DNA of 64,000 bases from Brevundimonas sp. (GCF_013912065.1 NZ_JACESA010000017.1:835-64834), one strand, 5' to 3'. Numbered from the stretch's first letter, positions 10,819 through 21,128 are shown. The notes: generated by a model from the letters alone, not told the origin. Translations and numbers: made by a program.

Positions 10819-11055
10819 TTACGCCGCCTCGATGCGGTAGCCTTCGATCACCGTATTGGCGAGCAGTTGCTCGCACATCTTCTTGGCCTCGGCTTGCGGA
10901 TCTTCAGCGCCGGCCAGATCGAACTCGATCAGCTTGCCGACACGGGCGTTCGAGACGCCCGCCCAGCCCAAACCCTGAAGCGCCCCTTCGACGGCCTTGC
11001 CCTGGACGTCCAGCACGCCGGGCTTGAGGAAGACATGAACCTTGATCTTGGCCAT
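10819..11055 (-). CDS. purS: FGAM synthase subunit PurS
   Basis: KPGVLDVQGKAV, LLANTVIE.Y; ATG overlaps purC stop (TAATG); embedded in a longer spurious track ORF. Confidence 0.93.
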   Translation of the reverse strand: MAKIKVHVFLKPGVLDVQGKAVEGALQGLGWAGVSNARVGKLIEFDLAGAEDPQAEAKKMCEQLLANTVIEGYRIEAA

Positions 11056-11813
11056 TAGTGCAGCCCCCCCTGGATCACCGTCGGCATGCCCTTCATGATG
11101 CCCAGACGCCGGGCGACCTCGGTGTAGCTTTCGATCACATTGCCCAGGTCGCGGCGGAAGCGGTCCTTGTCCATCTTCTCGCCGGTCGCGGCGTCCCACA
11201 GGCGGCAGCTGTCCGGGCTGATCTCGTCGGCCAGGATGACGCGGCTGAAGTCGTTTTCCCAGATGCGGCCGAACTCGATCTTGAAATCGACCAGGGTGAT
11301 GCCGACGGCGCCGAACATGCCCGACAGATAGTCGTTCACCCGCACCGTCATCGCCAGGATGTCGTCCAGTTCCTGGGTCGAGGCCCAGTTGAAGGCGGTG
11401 ATATGCTCTTCGGTGACCATCGGGTCGTTGAGCTCGTCCTTCTTGTAGTAGAATTCGATGATCGAGCGGGGCAGGGGCGTGCCTTCCTCGATGCCCAGGC
11501 GCTGGCTCATCGAACCCGCGACGATGTTGCGGCAGACGACTTCCAGCGGAATGATCTCGACTTCGCGGATCAGCTGTTCGCGCAGGTTCAGCCGCTTGAT
11601 GAAGTGGTTGGTCACGCCGATGCCGTTCAGACGCGACATGATGAATTCGCTGATCTGGTTGTTGACCACGCCCTTGCCTTCGAGGACGGCCTTCTTCTGC
11701 GCGTTGAACGCGGTGGCGTCGTCCTTGAAATACTGGATCAGGGTGCCGGGCTCGGGTCCTTCGTACAGGATCTTGGCCTTGCCTTCGTAAATCTTCTTGC
11801 GCTTGTTGTTCAT
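11055..11813 (-). CDS. purC: SAICAR synthase PurC
   Basis: [44 protein letters not shown]. Confidence 0.97.
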   Translation of the reverse strand: MNNKRKKIYEGKAKILYEGPEPGTLIQYFKDDATAFNAQKKAVLEGKGVVNNQISEFIMSRLNGIGVTNHFIKRLNLREQLIREVEIIPLEVVCRNIVAGSMSQRLGIEEGTPLPRSIIEFYYKKDELNDPMVTEEHITAFNWASTQELDDILAMTVRVNDYLSGMFGAVGITLVDFKIEFGRIWENDFSRVILADEISPDSCRLWDAATGEKMDKDRFRRDLGNVIESYTEVARRLGIMKGMPTVIQGGLH

Positions 11814-12014
11814 ATCCGTCCCGCCTTACGGGCGCCCTCCAGAAACAAAAATCGCGCAGCCATGGTGGAGGGGAAGACCCAGTCCTGGCGGCGCGTTTCG
11901 GAATCGCTCGGGCAGTCAATCTCGTTCGGGGTCTCCTTAGCCGAACGCGGCCCCCGATACAAATGAGGCGAGCCGGAAACCGCAGCGTTGGATGCGAGTG
12001 CGACGGAAGTCATG

Positions 12015-12042
12015 TTGCGTTCAGGCACGGTCGGGCTATAGA
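12015..12042 (+). promoter_or_regulatory. sigma70-type promoter of the zeta-subunit gene
   Basis: TTGCGT-N16-TATAGA (GCTATAGA matches the Caulobacter GCTANAWC -10). Confidence 0.5.
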
Positions 12043-12091
12043 CGGCGCTTGTCCCGAGGTAAGCGGGGCGTGCGGAGCTGTGCTGAGCGAC

Positions 12092-12415
12092 ATGACGACC
12101 TTCGACGATCGGGAAAAGGCCTTCGAGGCCAAGTTCGCCCTCGATCAGGAGCAGGAATTCAAGGCCATCGCCCGCCGCAACAAGATGTTGGGCCTGTGGG
12201 CGGCCGAAAAAATGGGCCTTTCGGCCGAGAGCGGCGAACAATACGCCGCCGCCGTCGTGCGCGCCGATATGGAACAACCCGGCGACGAGGATGTGTTCCG
12301 CAAGGTCGCCGGAGATTTCAAGGGCTCGGGTCTGTCGGTTTCGGAAGGCGAGATTCGCTCGAAGATCGACGAACTGGCCTCGATCGCTCGCGAGCAGATC
12401 CGCTCGGGCGAATAA
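12092..12415 (+). CDS. DUF1476 protein, F1Fo-ATPase inhibitor zeta subunit
   Basis: MTTFDDREKAFEAKF and ARRNKMLGLWAAE signature. Confidence 0.88.
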   Translation: MTTFDDREKAFEAKFALDQEQEFKAIARRNKMLGLWAAEKMGLSAESGEQYAAAVVRADMEQPGDEDVFRKVAGDFKGSGLSVSEGEIRSKIDELASIAREQIRSGE

Positions 12416-12449
12416 GAGTTTTATCCGCGTTCGTCAGAACCGGGCCTCT

Positions 12450-12498
12450 AAAAAGTCGAAAGGGCCGCACCCGGGGGAAAGTGCGGCCCTTTCTTTTT
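12450..12498. terminator. Bidirectional rho-independent terminator
   Basis: 13-bp stem GAAAGGGCCGCAC/GTGCGGCCCTTTC with T tract on the right and A tract on the left, between convergent genes. Confidence 0.8.
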
Positions 12499-12611
12499 GC
12501 CGGGGACGTTGGGGGATGTCTCACCCGGCCTACTGTGCGTCTCGCGCCCCTGAAGAACACGGCGACGCACAATTGGTTTCAGTCGGTTCCCGGCCTCGAC
12601 CGAAAATTCTT

Positions 12612-13238
12612 TTACGGCATCAGCACCGTGTCGATGACGTGAACCACGCCGTTCGACTGGGCCACATCGGCCTGGGTGATAGTGGATGTTCCGCCCTTGG
12701 CGTCTGTGATGATCCAGGTGTTGTTCGGACCGGCGGAAACCTTGAGTTCCTCGCCTTGCACGGTCTGAAGCGTGGCGTTTCCGCCGTTGGCCTGGGCCTG
12801 AGCCGCGATGTCGGCGGCCGTCAGGCGACCGGAGACGACGTGATAGGTCAGGATCTTGGTCAGATCATCCTTCATCGCCGGCTGCATCAGACCATTGCGT
12901 GTGGCTTCGGGAATTTTTTCGAAAGCGGCGTTGTCGGGGGCGAAGACGGTGAAGGGGCCAGGACCCTGTAGCGTCTCGACCAGATCGGCGGCTTGCACGG
13001 CGGCCACCAGGGTGGAGAGGTTCGACGCCTTGGAGGCGTTGACGACGATGGTGTCATTGGGGCTCATGGCGGCGCCGCCAACCATGGTCTCGGAGGTCAT
13101 CGGCGACATCGCCGCTCCCTCGGCCGGCGCCATGGCGGTTGATTCAGCGGGCGCCGTTTCGTTGTTGTTGCAGGCGCCTAGCGCCATCAGAGCGGCGCCG
13201 GACGCCGCGACGAGCATTAGATTCCGAATATGAGCCAT
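12612..13238 (-). CDS. Fasciclin (FAS1) domain lipoprotein
   Basis: Lipobox LGAC; STLVAAVQAA, GPFTVFAPDN, ILTYHVV, NGVVHVIDTVL. Confidence 0.92.
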   Translation of the reverse strand: MAHIRNLMLVAASGAALMALGACNNNETAPAESTAMAPAEGAAMSPMTSETMVGGAAMSPNDTIVVNASKASNLSTLVAAVQAADLVETLQGPGPFTVFAPDNAAFEKIPEATRNGLMQPAMKDDLTKILTYHVVSGRLTAADIAAQAQANGGNATLQTVQGEELKVSAGPNNTWIITDAKGGTSTITQADVAQSNGVVHVIDTVLMP

Positions 13239-13344
13239 GGTTTTCGTTCCCTATTGTTCCGCGCATTCGGCGGCTGCCACAAGGTTACGTCCAGATAGCC
13301 ACAATGGATGCGCGGGGCGCGACGAGATGGCGCAGGTCTCGTGC

Positions 13345-14187
13345 TTAGTCTTCGAAAACAACTGTCTTTGTGCCGTGCAGCAAAACGCGGTCTTCGAGGT
13401 GTCTTCGCACTGCACGCGCCAGAACCCGTCGCTCAATATCACGACCCTTACGGATCAAATCCTGCGGCATGTCACGGTGACTGATCCGTTCCACATCCTG
13501 CTCGATGATGGGGCCCTCATCCAGCTCAGGGGTGACATAGTGTGCGGTGGCGCCGATGACTTTCACCCCCCGCGCATGGGCCTGGTGATAGGGGCGGGCG
13601 CCTTTGAAGCCCGGCAGGAAGGAGTGATGGATATTGATGCAACGCCCCTGAAGCCTACGGCTGAGGTCGTCAGACAGGATCTGCATGTAGCGGGCGAGTA
13701 CGACCAGTTCAGTTCCTGTCGTCGCGATCAGCCGCACAAGTTCGGCTTCCTGGGCCAGTTTGTCGGTCGCGCTGACCGGCAGATAGTGAAACGGTAGATC
13801 GCCCAGATCGACATGGCCGATCAGTTCGCGCGGATGGTTGGACACTACAGCCGTCACCTGCATCGGCAGTTCGTCTATCCGCCAGCGATAGAGCAGGTCA
13901 GCCAGGCAGTGGTCGAACCTGGACGTCAGGATCATCACCTTGCGAGGTTCCGGACCTCGCAAGGTCCAGTCCATCCCGAACCTTTGGGCCAGCGAGGCGA
14001 AAGCCTCTCGAATGGCGGCCTCCATATCTCCTTCGACGGGCTCAAACACCACCCGCATGAAGAAGGTGGCGGTGGAGGCGTCGCCGAACTGCTGGGCGTC
14101 GGAGATGTTGGCGTCCCGCTCCAGCAGAAAGGTGGACACGGCGGCGACGATGCCGTGGCGGTCGGGGCAGGAAAGGGTCAGGATCAT
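13345..14187 (-). CDS. purU: Formyltetrahydrofolate deformylase
   Basis: ACT domain CPDRHGIV; [35 protein letters not shown]. Confidence 0.95.
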   Translation of the reverse strand: MILTLSCPDRHGIVAAVSTFLLERDANISDAQQFGDASTATFFMRVVFEPVEGDMEAAIREAFASLAQRFGMDWTLRGPEPRKVMILTSRFDHCLADLLYRWRIDELPMQVTAVVSNHPRELIGHVDLGDLPFHYLPVSATDKLAQEAELVRLIATTGTELVVLARYMQILSDDLSRRLQGRCINIHHSFLPGFKGARPYHQAHARGVKVIGATAHYVTPELDEGPIIEQDVERISHRDMPQDLIRKGRDIERRVLARAVRRHLEDRVLLHGTKTVVFED

Positions 14188-14699
14188 CAGGCGGCAGGCT
14201 TATCTAGCAGGAAGTCACCCAGTATGGCCCAGCTGGCCGACTTTGCCGACAAGGATATTGCATGGGCGGGGCTGGACGACGGCAAATCGACCAGAGCGAT
14301 CTTGTTCAGATTCCCCAGGAACCGTCGCCCCATCTTCGCCGCCAGTCCGCCGTTGAAGGCTACTGCGCGTAGTTCGGGCAGACCTTCGATCAGGCCTCGC
14401 AGGTCGGCGGCTTCAGGCGACCGGATCGCCGCATCCAGGCTGCCGGACCGTTCGGCCGAGGCGATCACGTCCCACAGGCCGACGCCGCGCGCCCTCAACC
14501 GCTCCAGCCGCGCGTCATAGGGGAGTGCGGCGACCGCCTCGCCCAGCACGCCGCCGATCAACGCCCAGAAACCGTTGCGGGGATGAGCATAGTATTGGGC
14601 CGCCTTCAGCGAGGCGTCGCCGGGCAGGCTGCCGAGGATCAGCAGCCGCGTGCGCGCATCGACGACGGGGGTGAAGCCGATGCGGCGGGCGTCGCTCAC
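14187..14699 (-). CDS. UDG superfamily family-6 hypoxanthine (deoxyinosine) DNA glycosylase
   Basis: [27 protein letters not shown]; GTGA overlap with purB, TGATG overlap with purU. Confidence 0.82.
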   Translation of the reverse strand: MSDARRIGFTPVVDARTRLLILGSLPGDASLKAAQYYAHPRNGFWALIGGVLGEAVAALPYDARLERLRARGVGLWDVIASAERSGSLDAAIRSPEAADLRGLIEGLPELRAVAFNGGLAAKMGRRFLGNLNKIALVDLPSSSPAHAISLSAKSASWAILGDFLLDKPAA

Positions 14700-15997
14700 C
14701 CCTCGCCGAACACCCGTTTGAACACCACGTCCACGTTCTTGGTATGATAGCCTAGGTCGAACAGGGCCTCGAGCTGTTCGGCGGGCAGGGTGACCCGCTC
14801 GTCCGCCTTCAGGAAGTCCAGGAACACCCCCTCGCAGCGCCAGACCTTCATGGCGTTCTCCTGCACGGCGGCATAGGCGGCCTCACGCGAGATTCCGGCC
14901 TGGGTCAGGGCCAACATGACCCGTTGCGAGTGAACCAGACCGCCCAGACGGTCGATGTTCGCCTGCATGTTCTCGGGATAGACGTTCAGCCGCTCGACCA
15001 CGCTGGCCAACCTTTGGAGGGCGAAGTCCAGGTGGATGGTGGCGTCGGGGCCGATGCCGCGCTCGACCGACGAATGGCTGATGTCCCGTTCGTGCCACAG
15101 GGCGACGTTTTCCATCGCCGGGGTCACGGCCGAACGGACCAGACGGGCTAGGCCGGTCAGGTTCTCGGTCAGGATCGGGTTGCGCTTGTGCGGCATGGCC
15201 GACGAGCCCTTCTGGCCCTTGTCGAAGAATTCTTCGGCCTCCAACACCTCGGTGCGCTGCAGGTGTCGGATTTCGACGGCCAGGCGTTCGACCGAGCTGG
15301 CGACCACGCCCAGAGCGGCGAAGAAGGCGGCGTGGCGATCACGCGGGATGACCTGGGTCGAGACCGGTTCGACCTGCAGGCCCATCTTGTCGGCCACATA
15401 CTGCTCGACCGCCGGATCGACGTTGGCGAAGGTGCCGACGGCGCCCGAGATGGCGCAGGTGGCGATCTCTTCCTTGGCGGTGATCAGGCGACGTTTGGCG
15501 CGCTGGAACTCTGCGTGATAGCCGGCCAGCTTCAGGCCGAAGGTCACCGGCTCGGCGTGGATGCCGTGCGAACGCCCGACGGTCGGGGTGTATTTATGCT
15601 CCTTGGCGCGCTTTTCCAGCGCGGCCAGGACGCGGTCGACGCCGTCGATCAGCAGGTCCGACGACCGGGCCAGCTGAACCGCGAAACAGGTGTCCAGCAC
15701 GTCCGACGAGGTCATACCCTGGTGCAGGAAGCGCGCCTCGTCGCCGACGATCTCGGCGACATGGGTCAGGAAGGCGATGACATCGTGCTTGGTGGTGCGT
15801 TCGATCTCGTCGATGCGGTCGGCGTCGAAGCTCGCATCCTTGCCCTTGGCCCAGATGGCCTCGGCCGCCTCGGTCGGGATGACGCCCAGTTCGGCCATCT
15901 TGGTCGCGGCATGGGCCTCGATCTCGAACCAGATCTTGTACTTGGTCTCCTGCGACCAGATGGCGGCGGCGTCGGGGCGGGAATAGCGCGTGATCAT
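14696..15997 (-). CDS. purB: Adenylosuccinate lyase
   Basis: MITRYSR, HDVIAF, GRSHGIHAEP, GSSAMPHKRNP. Confidence 0.97.
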   Translation of the reverse strand: MITRYSRPDAAAIWSQETKYKIWFEIEAHAATKMAELGVIPTEAAEAIWAKGKDASFDADRIDEIERTTKHDVIAFLTHVAEIVGDEARFLHQGMTSSDVLDTCFAVQLARSSDLLIDGVDRVLAALEKRAKEHKYTPTVGRSHGIHAEPVTFGLKLAGYHAEFQRAKRRLITAKEEIATCAISGAVGTFANVDPAVEQYVADKMGLQVEPVSTQVIPRDRHAAFFAALGVVASSVERLAVEIRHLQRTEVLEAEEFFDKGQKGSSAMPHKRNPILTENLTGLARLVRSAVTPAMENVALWHERDISHSSVERGIGPDATIHLDFALQRLASVVERLNVYPENMQANIDRLGGLVHSQRVMLALTQAGISREAAYAAVQENAMKVWRCEGVFLDFLKADERVTLPAEQLEALFDLGYHTKNVDVVFKRVFGEG

Positions 15998-16058
15998 GGG
16001 CCGGTCCTGTCGGTCCGCGACGGCCCGGAGTCAAGGTCGCCTGGTCGGATTGGAGGCG

Positions 16059-17429
16059 CTAGTCGAATGAAGGCAGAGCGCGTTTGCGCCGTGAGCGCGG
16101 GCGTGACTTGGAAGAAGACGAAGGCAAGCGTTTTCCGGTGGCGACCTCCGTAAGCGCCAGGGTGATCAGTAGGAACGCCCAAACAATGACGTCGCGGTCG
16201 AACAGGCCCGACTCGGTCATGTTGTGACCGACGCAGAAGATGATCATCCCAATCAGCAGAGCGCCGCGCCAGCGCGAAACAGATTGACTGGAAAGCAGCT
16301 TGTATAAGGGCATCACGAAGGCCGCGACGACCGCCAGGATCAGGCCGGGGATGCCCACCTGCGCGGCGAGGTCGAGATAGCCGTTATGTCCGCTGGCGAT
16401 GGTCGTCACCCAAGTCTTCGAATAGGTGAAAATCGGACTCTCGTCGCCGATGTTCCAGAAAGCGCCATATCCAGAGCCGTTCAGCGGATGATCCCGGATA
16501 TATGAGATGAGGTGAGGCCAGATCTGCACACGCCCGGTAAACGCGGTTGGCTTGGCAAACGGGCCGACAGATTCTACCCAGCTGTCGGCCCAGAACAGCA
16601 TTACAGCCATGCCCGCCAACGCGGCGAACGGGACCGCGATCATCCTGGCGCGGGGGCTGAGAAACAGGAACATGGCGCCGCCCAACAGGCCCATGGCGGC
16701 CATGCCCATTGAGGTCTTCGACTCTGTTTTAAAAAGGAAAAAGGCGGCCGCCAGCACCACAACTGTTCGGATCGCTACGCCTACGATCAGTTCTCGTGGG
16801 ACTTTGGCCTTGGTGTCTGACTGCGTCTTGCGAGGCAGCTTTGGCGGGGCAAAGGTGAAGAACAGGATTGTGAAGGCGCAAAACTCACCGGTGAAATTCT
16901 TTTGCGGCAATACCCCTCGCCAGTCACCGATCAGACCACGATCTTCACCTGCCGTAAAATGATGGATCGCGGTTGCCGGCGACACAGCCACAGCAATGAA
17001 ATTGATGAAAAGTAGAACCGCAAGGCCCACCATAATCGTCTTGACGGTACGGTCGTAACCGCAATCGTCAACCGCCAAGAATACGATCCAGATGATGATG
17101 GTGGTCAGCAGGACGCGCCGTACGCTGATCATCGGCACATCCGACCATGCCACGCTGATCCAGCACCAGGCTACAGCCGCCATTAGGATAATCGGCAGGC
17201 TGAGCAGCTTAGACGGCTTCTTGAAGACTCCGGCCGCCCACATTGTGCCGAGAAGAAGGGCCGTAAAGATGGCCTGCCGCAGAATGTTGCCGCTCGGAGG
17301 CCCGCCATTCGTCATGGCCGGTCCCAGAACCACGAGGACGAACAGCGCGATCAGGGTCGCAACCGCCGGGACGAAGAGGGGGCGGCCACCAGATTTTCGG
17401 GCTGGAATGTCGTTCGCCGTGGCGGTCAT
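16059..17429 (-). CDS. Wzy/O-antigen ligase family protein (ExoQ-like polymerase), paralog 1
   Basis: About 10-12 TM; WRGVLPQKN, TGRVQIW, GSGYGAFW, HNGYLD. Confidence 0.8.
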   Translation of the reverse strand: MTATANDIPARKSGGRPLFVPAVATLIALFVLVVLGPAMTNGGPPSGNILRQAIFTALLLGTMWAAGVFKKPSKLLSLPIILMAAVAWCWISVAWSDVPMISVRRVLLTTIIIWIVFLAVDDCGYDRTVKTIMVGLAVLLFINFIAVAVSPATAIHHFTAGEDRGLIGDWRGVLPQKNFTGEFCAFTILFFTFAPPKLPRKTQSDTKAKVPRELIVGVAIRTVVVLAAAFFLFKTESKTSMGMAAMGLLGGAMFLFLSPRARMIAVPFAALAGMAVMLFWADSWVESVGPFAKPTAFTGRVQIWPHLISYIRDHPLNGSGYGAFWNIGDESPIFTYSKTWVTTIASGHNGYLDLAAQVGIPGLILAVVAAFVMPLYKLLSSQSVSRWRGALLIGMIIFCVGHNMTESGLFDRDVIVWAFLLITLALTEVATGKRLPSSSSKSRPRSRRKRALPSFD

Positions 17430-18850
17430 GCCTTGGATTCTCCGTCTTGGCTTGGCGCGAGGCGGCTATTGGGTAGCGGCTTGAACCTGCCGGTCCAGGC
17501 GAAATAGAGCGGCCCCGGCGCTTCTGGAGGCTGACGGGTCGAGATGGTGATCAGGGCCAAGGTCATCATGAAGAAGACCTGAACAATAGCGTCGCGATCC
17601 ATCACGCTGCTTTCGGTAAAATTATGACCGATGCAGAAGATCAGCATGGAGATCAGCAAGGCGCCGCTTCTCCGACTGATCGTTCGACTCCAGAGCAGCC
17701 GAGACAGCGGCGCTACGACAAGGGCCAGAACAGTCAGCAACAGGCCGATGACACCGACCGTGACCAGTATGTCCAGGTAGCCGTTGTGGCCGGTTCCCAA
17801 TAGGCGAACCCACGTGGAGGTGTAGTAGTAGACAGGACTGTTTACGCCGATATTCCAGAAGGAGCCGTACCCAGTGCCCAGCAGCCAGTGGTCGTTGGCA
17901 TAGGATATTAGAACGCCCCAAATCGTACCACGCCCAGTAAGGGCGCTGCCTTGACTGAGAGTGTATATGGCGTCCATCCAATAAAACTGCCCAAACAGGA
18001 CAGCCAGTCCGACTGTAATGACTGTGGCTGGGATCAAAAGCGCTCTAAATTTTGGATCGTAGGAGAGGTACAGACCTCCCAGAACCAGACTTCCGAACGT
18101 CAGCGCCAGCGATGTCTTTGATCCGGTCTTGTAGAGGAAGAATACGGTTGCGATTATTGAAATCAGGCGAAGGTAAGGTTGAAGCCAGCCGCCTGCGAAG
18201 ATGAGCAATAGGATTGTTATCGCGCAAACGGCGCCCGCAAAATTTTTCTGAGGCAACGCTCCTTTCCAGTCGCCAACCAGACCAGCATCGAGCACTTCAC
18301 GCGCCTGGTGGATACCGGCGTGAGGAAACAGCACGACCATGACGTAGTTGATCAGGAGCACCGCCAGAAGAGTAAGCAGGGCTGTCCTCACGGCCCGCTC
18401 ATAGCCTGTGCGCTCGACGATCATGAAGACAGTCCAGATAATGATCGTTGTCAGGAGTAGTCGGCGAAAGGCGATCGACGGCTCGAGAGACCACGACAGA
18501 CTGATCCAGCACCAGGCGATCAGGATCCATAGGGTAAGGGGCGGGCTCAGAAATATGCGGGGGGTCTGCAAGGCCTTGGCCGAGACGATGACGAAGCCGA
18601 AAACGAGGATATAGAGAGCTTGCCGAAAGATATTGCCATCGCCGGTGGACAGCATTGTCTTCTGGGCTTGAAGTGGCCCCAGGCCGACGATCACGATCAG
18701 CAGAAGACCAGCTAGAGCCCATCCGCAAAGTTTGGCGGACAGGTCATGGTTGGCGTCGACCGGGAGGGGGGCGGCAAGCATCATGTTTCCGTCCGCGAAT
18801 AGACTTCCGTATGACGGCTGCGCTGCAGGCTCAAGTGCGGAGCGGCTCAC
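17426..18850 (-). CDS. Wzy/O-antigen ligase family protein (ExoQ-like polymerase), paralog 2
   Basis: WKGALPQKN, TGRGTIW, GTGYGSFW, HNGYLD; ATGA overlap with paralog 1. Confidence 0.8.
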   Translation of the reverse strand: MSRSALEPAAQPSYGSLFADGNMMLAAPLPVDANHDLSAKLCGWALAGLLLIVIVGLGPLQAQKTMLSTGDGNIFRQALYILVFGFVIVSAKALQTPRIFLSPPLTLWILIAWCWISLSWSLEPSIAFRRLLLTTIIIWTVFMIVERTGYERAVRTALLTLLAVLLINYVMVVLFPHAGIHQAREVLDAGLVGDWKGALPQKNFAGAVCAITILLLIFAGGWLQPYLRLISIIATVFFLYKTGSKTSLALTFGSLVLGGLYLSYDPKFRALLIPATVITVGLAVLFGQFYWMDAIYTLSQGSALTGRGTIWGVLISYANDHWLLGTGYGSFWNIGVNSPVYYYTSTWVRLLGTGHNGYLDILVTVGVIGLLLTVLALVVAPLSRLLWSRTISRRSGALLISMLIFCIGHNFTESSVMDRDAIVQVFFMMTLALITISTRQPPEAPGPLYFAWTGRFKPLPNSRLAPSQDGESKA

Positions 18851-18862
18851 AATATCGATGGG

Positions 18863-20035
18863 TCAGACTAGGAGACGGGAGTAGGCGGTGAACATCCGGT
18901 CGTATGTCGCTTCTGAACCCAGTCGAGCGGCGCGCTGGGCATAATTGCTGTAGTGCGACGCATCTGTCAGAAGCGCCTTGAGTTCTCGCGCCAAGGCCTC
19001 GTGATCCAGTACGCCGACGACCACCCCGCATAGTTGTCCATCCGCTCCACTTATGCCTTCCACCTGGACCGGGACGTCCGACACGACCAAGGGCAAGCCC
19101 AACTGAGCCGCCTCAATGAGGGCGAGGCTGTGGCCCTCGAAAAGACTTGGCTGGACGAAGACATCACCTTCCGCCAGCAAGGCGAGGGTCTCATCTCGTG
19201 GATGAAATCCAACGAACTCGACTTTCTGTTGCACGCCCAACTGAGCCGCCAGCGCCTTGAGTTCGGCCTCGTCCGGGCCGGCGCCAAGAATCTTGATCTT
19301 GATGTTGCTGTCAAGGTGCTCCGCTGCGCGGATCAAGGTGGGGTAGTTTTTCTGTGGCACCAGACGACCAGCGGCGATTACAATCTGGCCTCGCGAAGAT
19401 TTTTGGGATCGCTCTGACGCCAGCATGCCAAGTTTCGCCTCTATTCGGGGCGGTAGGGCGTTAAGAATGGTTCTCAGCTTGGCGCGATAGGCGGCAGGTT
19501 TCTTTCGGTGCGACCGCGCCACGGTATTGGACACCGCTACGATATCGCTGACGGACGGCAGGGTGCCGGCCAAACCGTCGATTAGGTTGAGTAGCGGCGC
19601 ATAGGTTTCCGAGGGAGAGTGGTGCGAGGTAATCACCTTGGTGGGTGCGCCGGACAGCATCACTGCTATGGGCGCCAGTATGTTTGCTGCTGGAAGCGCC
19701 GTGATAACGGCGTCTGGACGCTCTCTGGCCAGGAAGCTCACGAAATTCTTCAACAGTCTGAACAACTCGAACGGAGAATGTGGTCGCCGCTCCGTCATAT
19801 GAGTCCAGAGCAATCCTTCGGGAGTCTTCAGCCGCGATTCATCCGACGGATAGAGCGCCGCGAGTGTGACTTGGTCTCCCCGCGCTTGGAAGCCTTCCGC
19901 GAGGTTGGACCAGATCTCCTGCGCGCCACCCGCATTGGAATGGGTCACCATGAATACGAGACGCCGAGCCACGGATTTTGAGACCGTCGCCGCACCAGTC
20001 GATTCGAGTGGCTCGGTGTCAGATTGGCCGGTCAT
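18863..20035 (-). CDS. GT4 family glycosyltransferase
   Basis: GGAQ N-terminal loop, AGRLVPQKNY, PSLFEGHSLALIEA (EX7E); start uncertain. Confidence 0.88.
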   Translation of the reverse strand: MTGQSDTEPLESTGAATVSKSVARRLVFMVTHSNAGGAQEIWSNLAEGFQARGDQVTLAALYPSDESRLKTPEGLLWTHMTERRPHSPFELFRLLKNFVSFLARERPDAVITALPAANILAPIAVMLSGAPTKVITSHHSPSETYAPLLNLIDGLAGTLPSVSDIVAVSNTVARSHRKKPAAYRAKLRTILNALPPRIEAKLGMLASERSQKSSRGQIVIAAGRLVPQKNYPTLIRAAEHLDSNIKIKILGAGPDEAELKALAAQLGVQQKVEFVGFHPRDETLALLAEGDVFVQPSLFEGHSLALIEAAQLGLPLVVSDVPVQVEGISGADGQLCGVVVGVLDHEALARELKALLTDASHYSNYAQRAARLGSEATYDRMFTAYSRLLV

Positions 20036-20873
20036 CGACAGGGGCGTCCTCATTGGTCGTGTGCAATTTCGTTCGTGCGATGCGGACGTCTTCCTGTCGG
20101 TCCGTGGTCTGGGTGAGCAGATAATAAATTGCGGGCAGATTGGTCGCCATATACCGTCGCCCCAATCTGATCGGTTCGTTCAGGGCTCTATGGAGCCATT
20201 CTAGGCCGATGCTCTGCATCCAGACCGGCGCGCGCCTGAACTTTCCCGAATAGTGGTCGAACATGCCGCCGCAGGTCCGAAGCCATGCCAGTCCCTGAAG
20301 ATGATGCTGATTGCGAAGGGCGAAGGATTCCTGAAGGGGGCTGCCCAAGCCGATCCAGAGGACATCCGCGCCCGAGGCGCGAATCTCGTCGCAAATATCA
20401 ATCTCGTCCTCGGCGTTGAAATATCCGTGTCGCACTCCGACAATCTGCAGATCAGGGTGAAGTGCTCGGAAATGCGTGGCGGCCGTGTCTGCAACACCTG
20501 GTTTGGCGCCCAGGAAGTAAAAGCGGATTCCCTCTTTCGCCGCGGCCTCGGCGGCGTCGTTGATGAAGTCGGTGGTCGCCACGCGTTCTTCCAGCGGTTC
20601 CTGACAGAACAGACGGGTGGCCATGACCAGGGGCATGCCGTCAGCATCGATCACATCCGCCTTCAGCAAGATATTGCGGAAGCTGGCGTCGCGGTGAAAA
20701 TCGGCGATTACGGCGCCATTGGATGAGACGACGAGGCGAGGCAGCCGCTCGGGGTCGGCTCGAGTTCGCCGACAGTCGTCGATCATCAACAGGGCCAATT
20801 CTGCGCGGGTGATCCGCGTCGTGGGGACGCCGCCGACGAGAACGGTAGGGAAAGTACCGAGGCCTTCAGTCAT
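20019..20873 (-). CDS. WecB/TagA/CpsF family glycosyltransferase (GT26)
   Basis: ADGMPLV, ERVATTD, FYFLGA, HGYF, GLGSPLQE, GLEWLHR; start at MTEG with GAGG RBS. Confidence 0.88.
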   Translation of the reverse strand: MTEGLGTFPTVLVGGVPTTRITRAELALLMIDDCRRTRADPERLPRLVVSSNGAVIADFHRDASFRNILLKADVIDADGMPLVMATRLFCQEPLEERVATTDFINDAAEAAAKEGIRFYFLGAKPGVADTAATHFRALHPDLQIVGVRHGYFNAEDEIDICDEIRASGADVLWIGLGSPLQESFALRNQHHLQGLAWLRTCGGMFDHYSGKFRRAPVWMQSIGLEWLHRALNEPIRLGRRYMATNLPAIYYLLTQTTDRQEDVRIARTKLHTTNEDAPVDDRPI

Positions 20874-20979
20874 GACGCCTCGAACGCGATTGTGATGGCT
20901 CTGGTCCATGCACGCGCCGAGGCGCAAGACTGCCAATCCCCAGCGTAAATAGAGCGCACAGCGGAATTCAGTCCCCTCT

Positions 20980-21018
20980 CGCCTTGCGGCGCACACACGC
21001 CTTTGCGGCGCTCACACA
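20980..21018. repeat. Imperfect tandem direct repeat CGCCT(T)TGCGGCGC(T)CACACA x2
   Basis: Units 20980-20997 and 20998-21018; a third TTGCGGC at 21057-21063. Confidence 0.7.
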
Positions 21019-21128
21019 GTACCTCGGCGTAATGGTATTTGTCTTACCGGAAAATGTTGCGGCTGCGAAATAGATCAAAGAACCGGCTAACTTCCCGACA
21101 AAATAAAAGACGCATGGGACCTTTAGGT

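Noticed and set aside
11056-11919. 366-aa track ORF containing purS
   Set aside because: Upstream part is an alternative frame of purC; only the last 78 aa are PurS
11814-12091. Possible ZTP or other purine riboswitch upstream of purC
   Set aside because: Only a short GACTGG match; the conserved pairing and 3' CGCCTGGG element are not found
13270-13295. ECF (sigmaF-like) promoter GTAACC...CGAA upstream of fasciclin
   Set aside because: Spacer is 13 nt rather than about 16
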